In this document: in pieces, positions 19,340-27,404 of the stretch | How the letters are laid out: each line of letters opens with the position of its first letter | How positions within the stretch are numbered: position 1 is the first letter of the stretch | Assembly: GCA_965224465.1 (NCBI GenBank) | Contig: OZ245049.1 | Coordinates: forward strand, 540,001-572,000 | DNA length: 32,000 nucleotides | DNA from: Flavobacteriaceae bacterium | Lineage (GTDB): Bacteria; Bacteroidota; Bacteroidia; Flavobacteriales; Flavobacteriaceae | Reading direction: 5' to 3' | Notes under the pieces: generated by a model | The model's database searches: none | What the model was told of the DNA's origin: nothing | The model's input: the letters and a program-made list of their open reading frames with translations, nothing else | Translations under genes and position numbers: made by a program

Positions 19340-19527
19340 ACAACGTGTATAAAACATAGCTAATAAGTGCTAGACCGAAAGGTTTGTGCTTATTTACGAA
19401 AACCGCCAAATTTTTAATTTGGCTTTAAAACTGAAAAGTTAAAACAAAATATAAAAAATTGGCTCTGTGTTTATCCGAAAAGTTAGCGTCTTTTAACACG
19501 CTACGTTTCATACACAAACCGTTGTAA
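19340..19527 (+). repeat. attC-4, distal part (inverse core at 17476-17483)
   Basis: Same family. Arms GTGTATAAAACATAGC / GCTACGTTTCATACAC. Ends in core GTTGTAA (19521-19527). Confidence 0.7.
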
Positions 19528-19541
19528 ATAATGTAAAAAAC

Positions 19542-20567
19542 ATGATAAATAAAATTCTGATTCCGTTACTACTTATCACATTAGTTGCAAGTTGTCAAAA
19601 TAAAAAAAATATGAATAAAGAATACGAATGGAGAGTATCCATCAATGCACCAAAAAAATTTCCCGCTACTATATACTACGCATCCTTAGGAGGTGTAGAA
19701 ATGAGAAGAGATGGAACTATAGATAGCGGTTGGGGTATCTCTGGTTCTGATAGTGAAGGAATGAAAACACTGCCAAAAACACTAAATTTAATATGGCTTT
19801 CTTATGTAGAAAATCAATTTTATAAAGGAAACTTTAAACTAGACCAAGAAAAAATAAAACAAGTTTTTGATGAAGGCTTTTTAAAGAGTTTACGAACTGG
19901 TATTACAAGGTTTCATGATTTTCATTTTGTCATTAATGTAGCACCAGGAGGTACGGTGGCTGTATGGATGAAAGGTTTGGGTGGCTTTCAACGAGAAGTA
20001 GGCTTTTTTAAAGCCGAAAAAACAGACGTAAAATGGAAAGACTTTGTACCGATGGGACTTCAAGACAGAGAGAAATATGTACAAGGAAGATTAGATAGAA
20101 ATGGCGAAAAAAAATCCTTAATCCATTACAAAACCAACGGCATCCCTTTTGAACGTTGGAAAAACTACCGAGAATATTTTAGTTTAAAAACTAGTATGCC
20201 TCTAAAACATGAATTAGTTTTTTTGAGATACGATTGTTTTAATGGAGAACGTTTTTATGGAGAAAATAAGGCCTACCATAGAAACGAAAACTTTAGTAAA
20301 TTACCGATTCCTAAAGAGATTGCAATTAATTGGATAGAAGAAGGCAATGATGAATACAAATACATTGCCGTTTTAAATCTAAAAGAAAGTGAATATACTA
20401 AAATGGCTACCTTTTTAAAAAAACACGGTAATAAAGCAGCATTTTATATAGAACCCTATATTCCAATAAACGTAAGAGAAGTACGTTTATTTTTAAAAAA
20501 TGATACTGAGAAAATGGAGGTTGAGTTACAACCTTATGAGGTGAAACGAAAATATTTAAAATTTTAA
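19542..20567 (+). CDS. lipoprotein, candidate immunity partner of the downstream lipase (possibly DUF2931-like)
   Basis: 341 aa. Lipobox (LVASC). Its stop lies 2 nt before the ATG of the Tle1-like gene. The DUF assignment is recollection only. Confidence 0.5.
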   Translation: MINKILIPLLLITLVASCQNKKNMNKEYEWRVSINAPKKFPATIYYASLGGVEMRRDGTIDSGWGISGSDSEGMKTLPKTLNLIWLSYVENQFYKGNFKLDQEKIKQVFDEGFLKSLRTGITRFHDFHFVINVAPGGTVAVWMKGLGGFQREVGFFKAEKTDVKWKDFVPMGLQDREKYVQGRLDRNGEKKSLIHYKTNGIPFERWKNYREYFSLKTSMPLKHELVFLRYDCFNGERFYGENKAYHRNENFSKLPIPKEIAINWIEEGNDEYKYIAVLNLKESEYTKMATFLKKHGNKAAFYIEPYIPINVREVRLFLKNDTEKMEVELQPYEVKRKYLKF

Positions 20568-20569
20568 TT

Positions 20570-21244
20570 ATGGGAATTGTTTTTGGAGAATATGTACCTA
20601 GTAGAGAAAAAACAGAATACGGAAAAATAGTAACCGTAGGTGTATTTTTTGACGGCACATTGAACAACCGTAAAAACACCCGTGCTCGTAAAACAACCTT
20701 AGGTGAAGAAACAGATAATAACCCCACTTTAAGCACCACAATAAATGCAGATGGTACTAGCGAAAGAGCACAGGGAATTACAGCTTTTAATAAAGAAAAA
20801 GATGTAAGTTATTTTAATGATGAATCTAATGTGTCTCGTTTAGAACGCTTTTATAAAAAGGATGATACCGAGGTATTAAAAATATATGTGGAAGGTATTG
20901 GTACAGATAATTTTAAAGGCGATGCATTTTTAAGTAAAACCATGGGAGCTTTTAGTAGAGGTATTGGCGATAAAGTGAGTAAAGCTTGCAAGACAATTGC
21001 AGAAAAATTAGATGATTTAAAATATGATGGAGATAGGCTTATAAATGTATTACAAATAGATGTTTATGGCTTTAGTAGTGGTGCAGCGGCGGCACGCCAC
21101 TTTATCTACCAAATAATGCGTACAGATACCTTTACATTAGAAACCGATATTATTACAGGGTTTACAATAGATATTCATCCAACAAAGGGCTATTTAGGGC
21201 AGTATTTACACAATAAAATTAGTGTAGATGAAATTAAAAGCTGA
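20570..21244 (+). pseudogene. DUF2235/Tle1-like alpha/beta-hydrolase (T6SS phospholipase effector family), 3'-truncated by IS30
   Basis: GVFFDGTLNNRKNT near the N-terminus and nucleophile elbow YGFSSGAAAARHF. The last two codons and the TGA stop (21239-21244) come from the IS30 end. Confidence 0.7.
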
Positions 21245-22363
21245 ATTCAAGTCACAAACGCAACTTTTAGTTAAATAATAATTGTTCCATTACAAATATA
21301 GGGTTTTGATATTTATGTCTCTTCCTAGGTCTGTTATTTAATTTTGTTTCTACCTCTTTGATTCTTTGATCTGTTAGGTTTGTAAAGTCACTTCCTTTGG
21401 CAAAATATTGTCTAATCAAACCATTTAAATTTTCGTTAGATCCTCTTTCCCAAGAGTGATATGGATGCGCAAAAAAGTAATCAATACATAAATTTTCTGC
21501 AACCTGCTCATGGCCTGCAAATTCTTTTCCATTATCAGCTGTTATAGTATGTAGATAAGGCTTCCAGTCTTCTAATATTTCATTGATAGCTTTAGTGACA
21601 ACAACTGCTTCTTTAGAGCTTACTTTTTTCATTTTAAGCATTCCAGAAGCTCTATCATTTACGGTAAGTATGGCTTGATTATGGTTTTTACCTATGATTA
21701 AATCGACCTCTAAATCTCCAAATCGATTTCTTTGTTCAACAACTTCAGGGCGTTGTTCTATACTAATACGATTCTTTATAACCCCTCTAGAATCCTTTGA
21801 TGAGCCACGTTTTCTATATCTCCTTCCCTGTCTGCGAAGGTGTGTATGTAAATCACCATCATTCCTCTTGTCTTCCCTAATATGCTGATATATACGCTCA
21901 ATAGACACCGTTTCTTTACCTTGTTTTTTTAGGACACCAACTACTTGCTCAGGACTATAATCGTCTCGCAATAACAACTCTATTGCTTGTTGAATATCTT
22001 CTGTAAAGCGTTTTCTTTTAGGCTTTTCTTTATGACGTTTAGCATACTTTTTTTGGGCTAATTCATGCTTGTAAACTCCATTTCTTTTGTCTGAATTACG
22101 CTTAATCTCTTTGCTAATAACAGACTTGTCTTTTCCTATAGCAGCTGCTATCTCAACCTGTTTATAACCTTGTTTTAACATGCAACAAATTGTGTATCTT
22201 TGCGCTTGGGTGATGTGTTTCATACAACTTCTTTTTTCGAGATTTGAGACCGTAAGATACATATCCATCAAGACAAGAAAGGTAGGTTTTCCTACTTTTC
22301 TGTTTTGAAAATATAACCATCATAGAATCAAATCGAAAAGTTGCGTTTATTAGTTGAATTTAA
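21239..22363 (-). mobile_element. IS30 family insertion sequence, copy 1
   Basis: About 1125 bp. Near-identical to 26243-27367 in inverted orientation. Imperfect terminal IRs (AGCTGAATTCAAGTCACAAACGCAACTTTT / TTAAATTCAACTAATAAACGCAACTTTT). No matching target duplication. Confidence 0.88.
21267..22271 (-). CDS. IS30 family transposase
   Basis: 334-aa ORF. The likely true start is MKHITQAQRYTI at 22223. HTH plus DDE integrase-like core. Confidence 0.88.
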   Translation of the reverse strand: MMDMYLTVSNLEKRSCMKHITQAQRYTICCMLKQGYKQVEIAAAIGKDKSVISKEIKRNSDKRNGVYKHELAQKKYAKRHKEKPKRKRFTEDIQQAIELLLRDDYSPEQVVGVLKKQGKETVSIERIYQHIREDKRNDGDLHTHLRRQGRRYRKRGSSKDSRGVIKNRISIEQRPEVVEQRNRFGDLEVDLIIGKNHNQAILTVNDRASGMLKMKKVSSKEAVVVTKAINEILEDWKPYLHTITADNGKEFAGHEQVAENLCIDYFFAHPYHSWERGSNENLNGLIRQYFAKGSDFTNLTDQRIKEVETKLNNRPRKRHKYQNPIFVMEQLLFN

Positions 22364-22955
22364 GTAATTTTGGAACAGTCATTTTGGGTTTGACTAAATC
22401 TGTTTTTTTTATTAAAGCGCTTGTTTTAGGGTGATTTCGTGTTTCTTTCTCATAGTTTTTAAAATAATATCTCTTTCGTTTATTTAGGTTCAGGTCTTCG
22501 AATACCACTCGAATACAACAAGCGAAACATCACCTTGCGCTTATAATTAATACAGCTTTCAAACAAAAATTGTAACTCCTCCCTACTAATAATTAAGGGT
22601 AAACTCGGTTTTTCTTTGGGATAGGGAATCTTCCGTGCTAAGGATATATTTTCTAGTATTACCTAAAAGTAGTATCGCAATCCTGCAACATACAACTTGA
22701 TGGTACGCCAATTTAATCCTTTGTCATCTCTCAAAAAAACTAAAAAATCGATTACCTGATCTTGCTACAACTCCTTGGGGGCTTTATCGTGAAATTCATA
22801 CAATTTAACGAGCCCACGTACATAGTTACGAATAGTCTGGTCGGATTTATTAGCAACAATCATTCGGTTTTGATAAATACGAACCAAGTTTACTAATCTT
22901 TTTTTACTACCTTTACTTCTGTTGTACTAAGCCTTTTTCCTTCTGTGTTTTTCAT
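22364..22955 (-). pseudogene. tyrosine recombinase/integrase N-terminal part, decayed and truncated by IS30
   Basis: My translation of the - strand reads MKNTEGKRLSTTEVKVVKK(frameshift in A-run)RLVNLVRIYQNRMIVANKSDQTIRNYVRGLVKLYEFHDKAPKEL*QDQVIDFLVFLRDDKGLNWRTIKLYVAGLRYYF*..KIPYPKEKPSLPLIISREELQFLFESC..KVMFRLLYSSGIR. It has SAM-like N-domain architecture and the LLYxxGxR box. At least 1 frameshift and 2 in-frame stops. Confidence 0.65.
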
Positions 22956-23010
22956 GTTATTCTGATTTTAAATGAATAACACAGAAGTTAAGGGGTCCCA
23001 GGATACACCT

Positions 23011-23153
23011 TAGGAGTTTAGAGCAACACACGTTTATAGTTAATTGCCGATTCTGTTGTAAAATTAAGGCTTGTAGACAGCTTTAACCTTATTGCAATTA
23101 AAAAGGTAAGAAGCCCGAAATCGGCAACATAATCATAGCGCCATCCGTTGGCA
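23011..23153 (+). repeat. attC-like site, intron-free (attC-x); an attI alternative is not excluded
   Basis: GAGCAAC (23011-23017) ... GTTGGCA (23147-23153). Perfect 9-bp inverted repeat TTGCCGATT / AATCGGCAA plus further imperfect pairing. The right arm CATAGCGCCATCCGTT resembles attC-0 (CATAGCACCACCGTT). Confidence 0.55.
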
Positions 23154-23178
23154 TTCATTAGGAAAAACTAAGAAAACA

Positions 23179-24597
23179 ATGAAAAATATAATACTAATAG
23201 TTTTGATTTTAATAGTTAATCTTTCGTTCGGACAAACAGAAAAAGCAGATAACAAAATTATAACCGAAAAATTTGTAGAAAATTATAATAATGATAATTA
23301 CAATGGAATATTTTCAATGTTTGCAGATGTAATGAAAAAAGCATTACCAATAGAAAAAACCACAGAATTTTTAAACGGTCTTAAATCTAAAGCAGGAAAT
23401 ATTACTAATCGAGAATTTGTAAAATATGAAAATGGAACTTATGCTTCTTATAAGACTACATTTGAACGTGTCGTTTTCGTTCTTAACATTTCAATAGATG
23501 ATGATTCAAAAATAAACGGATTATTTGTTAAACCTTTTGTTGAAGAAGTTAATTCGAAAAATGTAATTAATAATTTAACTATTAAAAACGGTTTAGTAAC
23601 AAAAGAACAATCTGAAATCATATTTGAAAACGCAAAAATATTTCCAAATCACACACAAATTTCGATTGCAATAATTAAAGATGGAAAAGTTATTTATTTT
23701 GGAATATATAAGGAAAGTGATACTATTTCAACCATTGATAACAAAAAAAATATTTTTGAGATAGGTTCTATATCTAAAGTTTTCACATCTACCCTACTTG
23801 CAAATTTTGTTATGGACGGAAAAGTTAAACTAAATGAAAATGTTAATGAATATTTAAAAACACCTTTAAATAACAGAACAAAAATCTCATTTACTGATTT
23901 GGCTAATCATACATCTGGACTTCCTCGATTACCAACAAATCTTGATTTAACAAAAGTCAATCCTGAAAACCCTTATATAGAATACAAGGAAAAAGAAATG
24001 AAAGAATATTTAACCAAGTATCTTGAATTATCTAATAAAGGAGAATATCAATATTCCAATTTAGGAGCAGGATTACTCGGTTATACACTAAGTAAAATTG
24101 AGAATGTTACTTATGAAAGCCTACTACAGAATAAAATATTTTCGAAATATGCTATGCAAAATTCAACAGCAGATATTAATAAAATAAAAGGGAATTTAGT
24201 AAGAGGACTAAATAACGAAGGAAAAGAAATTCCAAATTGGGAGTTTTCCGTTTTGGCTGGTGCAGGTGCAATATTTTCAACAGTAGAAGATCTATCGCAA
24301 TTTGCTATTTCTCAATTTGACTACTCAAATAAGGAACTTAAACTTACAAGAGTGAAAACTTTTGAATTAAATAAACATATAGATATTGGCTTAGGTTGGC
24401 ACATTTTAAAATCTCAATCTAAAAATTTTTGGTATTGGCATAATGGTGGGACTGGAGGATATTCATCTTCAATAGTAATTGAAGAAAAGTTTAAAAATGG
24501 AATAATTGTTCTATCAAATGTATCTGCATTCAATCCTAATATGGGCAATATTGATAAACTATGTTTTGAATTAATGAAAACATTAGAAAAAGAATAA
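23179..24597 (+). CDS. secreted serine hydrolase, beta-lactamase/PBP (class C-like) family with an N-terminal extra domain
   Basis: 472 aa. Signal peptide. SxxK (FEIGSISKVF) and YxN (YQYSNLG) motifs. Confidence 0.8.
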   Translation: MKNIILIVLILIVNLSFGQTEKADNKIITEKFVENYNNDNYNGIFSMFADVMKKALPIEKTTEFLNGLKSKAGNITNREFVKYENGTYASYKTTFERVVFVLNISIDDDSKINGLFVKPFVEEVNSKNVINNLTIKNGLVTKEQSEIIFENAKIFPNHTQISIAIIKDGKVIYFGIYKESDTISTIDNKKNIFEIGSISKVFTSTLLANFVMDGKVKLNENVNEYLKTPLNNRTKISFTDLANHTSGLPRLPTNLDLTKVNPENPYIEYKEKEMKEYLTKYLELSNKGEYQYSNLGAGLLGYTLSKIENVTYESLLQNKIFSKYAMQNSTADINKIKGNLVRGLNNEGKEIPNWEFSVLAGAGAIFSTVEDLSQFAISQFDYSNKELKLTRVKTFELNKHIDIGLGWHILKSQSKNFWYWHNGGTGGYSSSIVIEEKFKNGIIVLSNVSAFNPNMGNIDKLCFELMKTLEKE

Positions 24598-24830
24598 CGA
24601 AATGCCAATCGAGTAGACGACTCCAACTAATTAGCTGAAAGGCGCCTCTCACACCACCGTACATACGAGAACTTCGCTTGGTCATTTCTAATTATAAGTA
24701 TAAAAACACTTCTAATTCTCATGAACCTATACGGCGGTTCAAAAAATTGAAGTTTGCGTATTATTAATGGTTTCTATCCTTTTCGTACAAGTCTACATTT
24801 GTGTTTGGTAGTCTTTAAAATTAGACATTA

Positions 24831-24929
24831 TTATTCACTCCCTTTTATTTTTTTAGAGGTGTTCATGATAGCTTCGCAGTTATTCACTCCCTTTTATTTT
24901 TTTAGAGGTGTTCATGAGCTCCACTTCAC
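24831..24929 (+). repeat. tandem pair of about 49-nt mini-repeats (TTATTCACTCCCTTTTATTTTTTTAGAGGTGTTCATGA...)
   Basis: Two head-to-tail units (24831-24879, 24880-24929) sit exactly where the RT ORF has been lost. Confidence 0.8.
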
Positions 24930-25035
24930 TACAGTTCACTCAATCACTGCCGCATCTACATAAATACCCTTTTGATATTCTTTGGATCTTACAATGATGT
25001 GTTTGCTTACCCAAGTAATTACGCCTCTGTATACG

Positions 25036-25086
25036 ATATATTCACGAATTTCTATTTTTGGTATGTTCTTGAGTCACTACGCTTAG
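25036..25086 (+). repeat. diverged mini-repeat copy
   Basis: ATATATTCACGAATTTCTATTTTTGGTATGTTCTTGAGTCACTACGCTTAG has the same block order (TATTCAC / T-rich / GG.GTTC.TGAG / CTACGC.AG). Absent from copy D. Confidence 0.6.
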
Positions 25087-25191
25087 TACTGTACATCAGT
25101 ACCGAGATTTGTAGGGGTATTTGCTCATTCCTCAATCACAAATAATCTTCAGATAAAACGGCACGGTTTACACCCTTGCGACTTACTAATG

Positions 25192-25286
25192 CCTATTCAC
25201 AGTTTTTCATTTTATGGAGTTCATGAGAGCTACGCCGTTATTCACTCCCTTTTATTTTTTTAGAGGTGTTCATGAGAGCTACGCAG
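25192..25286 (+). repeat. tandem pair of mini-repeats
   Basis: Units 25192-25237 and 25238-25286, inserted between ttactaatg and ttcagaacg of the intron backbone. Confidence 0.8.
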
Positions 25287-25378
25287 TTCAGAACGCTACT
25301 CCTGCACATAAGGGACTTGCACCCTCTAGATTAATTAACTACCTTTCCGTAGTTAAAAGACGCCCCTGCTGGGCACAC

Positions 25379-25503
25379 ATAAAGTGTATAGTTTATTGCT
25401 ATTTCTTGCTAAACCAAAGGTAAATAATATTTTATAAAGCCAGTGTTTAACTGAACAATTTATATATTTAAACATGCAACAAACCATACACCAAACGTTA
25501 ACT
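25379..25503 (+). repeat. attC-5, distal part (inverse core AATGCCA at 24601-24607)
   Basis: Shorter and diverged. Starts ATAAAGTGTATAG and ends CATACACCAAAC-GTTAACT (core 25497-25503). Confidence 0.6.
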
Positions 25504-25508
25504 ACAAT

Positions 25509-26246
25509 ATGAAAAAAATTCTAATCCTATATTTTATATTCTCATTTATTTTTGCTTGTAAACACGAAAAAGAAGATAATAAAAATTTTAATGACTCAAC
25601 TTTAAATACATCTGAGAAAATCCTTACAGAGAAAGTTTTAAAAAAAAAAACTGTTGAAGAATTAAGAATTCTACGAAATGAAATATTTGCTAAGAAAGGA
25701 TACGTTTTTAAAGACACTGTTTTAAACAAATACTTTTCTAAAAAGAAATGGTATAAACCGAATAAAAAGACTGAGATAATCTTAACAGATACTGAAAGAA
25801 AGAATATTGAATTAATAAAAAGAATCGAAAAAGAATTAAAACCTTTTGAGATACCTGATGGTTATGAGATACTTAATACAATATCATTAGATTTTGATAA
25901 AGACCAAGTTAAAGATATAATTCAATTAGTTAAAAACACTAAAAGTAATTATTTTGAACAATTTATTTTTATTTATTTAACAAAGACAAAAACACTTCAA
26001 AAGATAGATTTAGGCTTAGAGGACGAATTTAATCAGACCCATGCATTTATAAACGTTGAAAATGGAATTTTAAAATTTGACTATACAATACCTGGAACAG
26101 GTTTATTTAATTACATATATTTTTTTACTTATAATTCAAAAATTAATAATTTTCAATTATCATCTTATTCAACATCAAGTCGAATAATGTATGGGCATAT
26201 TAGTAAAGAGTACAATTTAATAAATGGAACTTATAATGTAACTTAA
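25509..26246 (+). CDS. YARHG domain lipoprotein, N-terminal fragment of an IS30-split gene
   Basis: Lipobox (FIFAC). YARHG-type motif (LRILRNEIFAKKGYVFKD...YF....WYKP). The TAA stop at 26244-26246 is supplied by the IS30 end. Confidence 0.75.
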   Translation: MKKILILYFIFSFIFACKHEKEDNKNFNDSTLNTSEKILTEKVLKKKTVEELRILRNEIFAKKGYVFKDTVLNKYFSKKKWYKPNKKTEIILTDTERKNIELIKRIEKELKPFEIPDGYEILNTISLDFDKDQVKDIIQLVKNTKSNYFEQFIFIYLTKTKTLQKIDLGLEDEFNQTHAFINVENGILKFDYTIPGTGLFNYIYFFTYNSKINNFQLSSYSTSSRIMYGHISKEYNLINGTYNVT

Positions 26247-27367
26247 ATTCAACTAATAAACGCAACTTTTCGATTTGATTCTATGATGGTTATATTTTCA
26301 AAACAGAAAAGTAGGAAAACCTACCTTTCTTGTCTTGATGGATATGTATCTTACGGTCTCAAATCTCGAAAAAAGAAGTTGTATGAAACACATCACCCAA
26401 GCACAAAGATACACAATTTGCTGCATGTTAAAACAAGGTTATAAACAGGTTGAGATAGCAGCTGCTATAGGAAAAGACAAGTCTGTTATTAGCAAAGAGA
26501 TTAAGCGTAATTCAGACAAAAGAAATGGAGTTTACAAGCATGAATTAGCCCAAAAAAAGTATGCTAAACGTCATAAAGAAAAGCCTAAAAGAAAACGCTT
26601 TACAGAAGATATTCAACAAGCAATAGAATTGTTATTGCGAGACGATTATAGTCCTGAGCAAGTAGTTGGTATCCTAAAAAAACAAGGTAAAGAAACGGTG
26701 TCTATTGAGCGTATATATCAGCATATTAGGGAAGACAAGAGGAATGATGGTGATTTACATACACACCTTCGCAGACAGGGAAGGAGATATAGAAAACGTG
26801 GCTCATCAAAGGATTCTAGAGGGGTTATAAAGAATCGCATTAGTATAGAACAACGACCTGAAGTTGTTGAACAAAGAAATCGATTTGGAGATTTAGAGGT
26901 CGATTTAATCATAGGTAAAAACCATAATCAAGCCATACTTACCGTAAATGATAGAGCTTCTGGAATGCTTAAAATGAAAAAAGTAAGCTCTAAAGAAGCA
27001 GTTGTTGTCACCAAAGCTATCAATGAAATATTAGAAGACTGGAAGCCTTATCTACATACTATAACAGCTGATAATGGAAAAGAATTTGCAGGCCATGAGC
27101 AGGTTGCAGAAAATTTATGTATTGATTACTTTTTTGCGCATCCATATCACTCTTGGGAAAGAGGATCTAACGAAAATTTAAATGGTTTGATTAGACAATA
27201 TTTTGCCAAAGGAAGTGACTTTACAAACCTAACAGATCAAAGAATCAAAGAGGTAGAAACAAAATTAAATAACAGACCTAGGAAGAGACATAAATACGAA
27301 AACCCTATATTTGTAATGGAACAATTATTATTTAACTAAAAGTTGCGTTTGTGACTTGAATTCAGCT
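26243..27367 (+). mobile_element. IS30 family insertion sequence, copy 2, with a 3-bp target duplication
   Basis: AAC at 26240-26242 and at 27368-27370. Removing the IS plus one AAC fuses the flanking ORFs in frame. Confidence 0.9.
26335..27339 (+). CDS. IS30 family transposase
   Basis: Differs from copy 1 at two residues (VGILKK vs VGVLKK, YENP vs YQNP). Likely true start at 26383 (MKHIT). Confidence 0.88.
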   Translation: MMDMYLTVSNLEKRSCMKHITQAQRYTICCMLKQGYKQVEIAAAIGKDKSVISKEIKRNSDKRNGVYKHELAQKKYAKRHKEKPKRKRFTEDIQQAIELLLRDDYSPEQVVGILKKQGKETVSIERIYQHIREDKRNDGDLHTHLRRQGRRYRKRGSSKDSRGVIKNRISIEQRPEVVEQRNRFGDLEVDLIIGKNHNQAILTVNDRASGMLKMKKVSSKEAVVVTKAINEILEDWKPYLHTITADNGKEFAGHEQVAENLCIDYFFAHPYHSWERGSNENLNGLIRQYFAKGSDFTNLTDQRIKEVETKLNNRPRKRHKYENPIFVMEQLLFN

Positions 27368-27404
27368 AACAAAAGAAGCCTCTACCATAATTAACCCAAA
27401 TAAA

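Larger units (their letters stand above)
24608..25378 (-). mobile_element. degenerate ORF-less group II intron relic (copy E) in attC
   Basis: Aligns to both ends of copy D (DVI, DV, start of DIV, and DI-DIII segments) with many substitutions. The entire RT ORF is missing. Domain V is interrupted by about 59 nt (24669-24727). Five mini-repeat copies are inserted. Confidence 0.8.

Noticed and set aside
6029-25378. Regularly spaced repeats that could suggest a CRISPR array or tandem segmental duplication
   Set aside because: The repeat units are 1.86-kb introns plus ~190-nt attC parts, separated by 1.5-5 kb of unrelated genes. No short direct repeats with uniform spacers exist. The tandem 49-nt units have no spacers.
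24754-25423. 69-aa ORFs at 24754-24963 and 25214-25423 with repeated FTPFYFFRGVHE peptide strings
   Set aside because: The repeated peptide is simply the translation of the ~49-nt mini-repeat copies inside the intron relic. There is no plausible gene context.
21239-27367. Two inverted IS30 copies as a composite transposon carrying the serine hydrolase
   Set aside because: Copy 2 has its own 3-bp duplication and interrupts a gene whose halves lie on both sides. The attC start/end complementarity runs continuously across it. Copy 1 has no duplication. Independent insertions plus a rearrangement fit better than a mobile composite unit.
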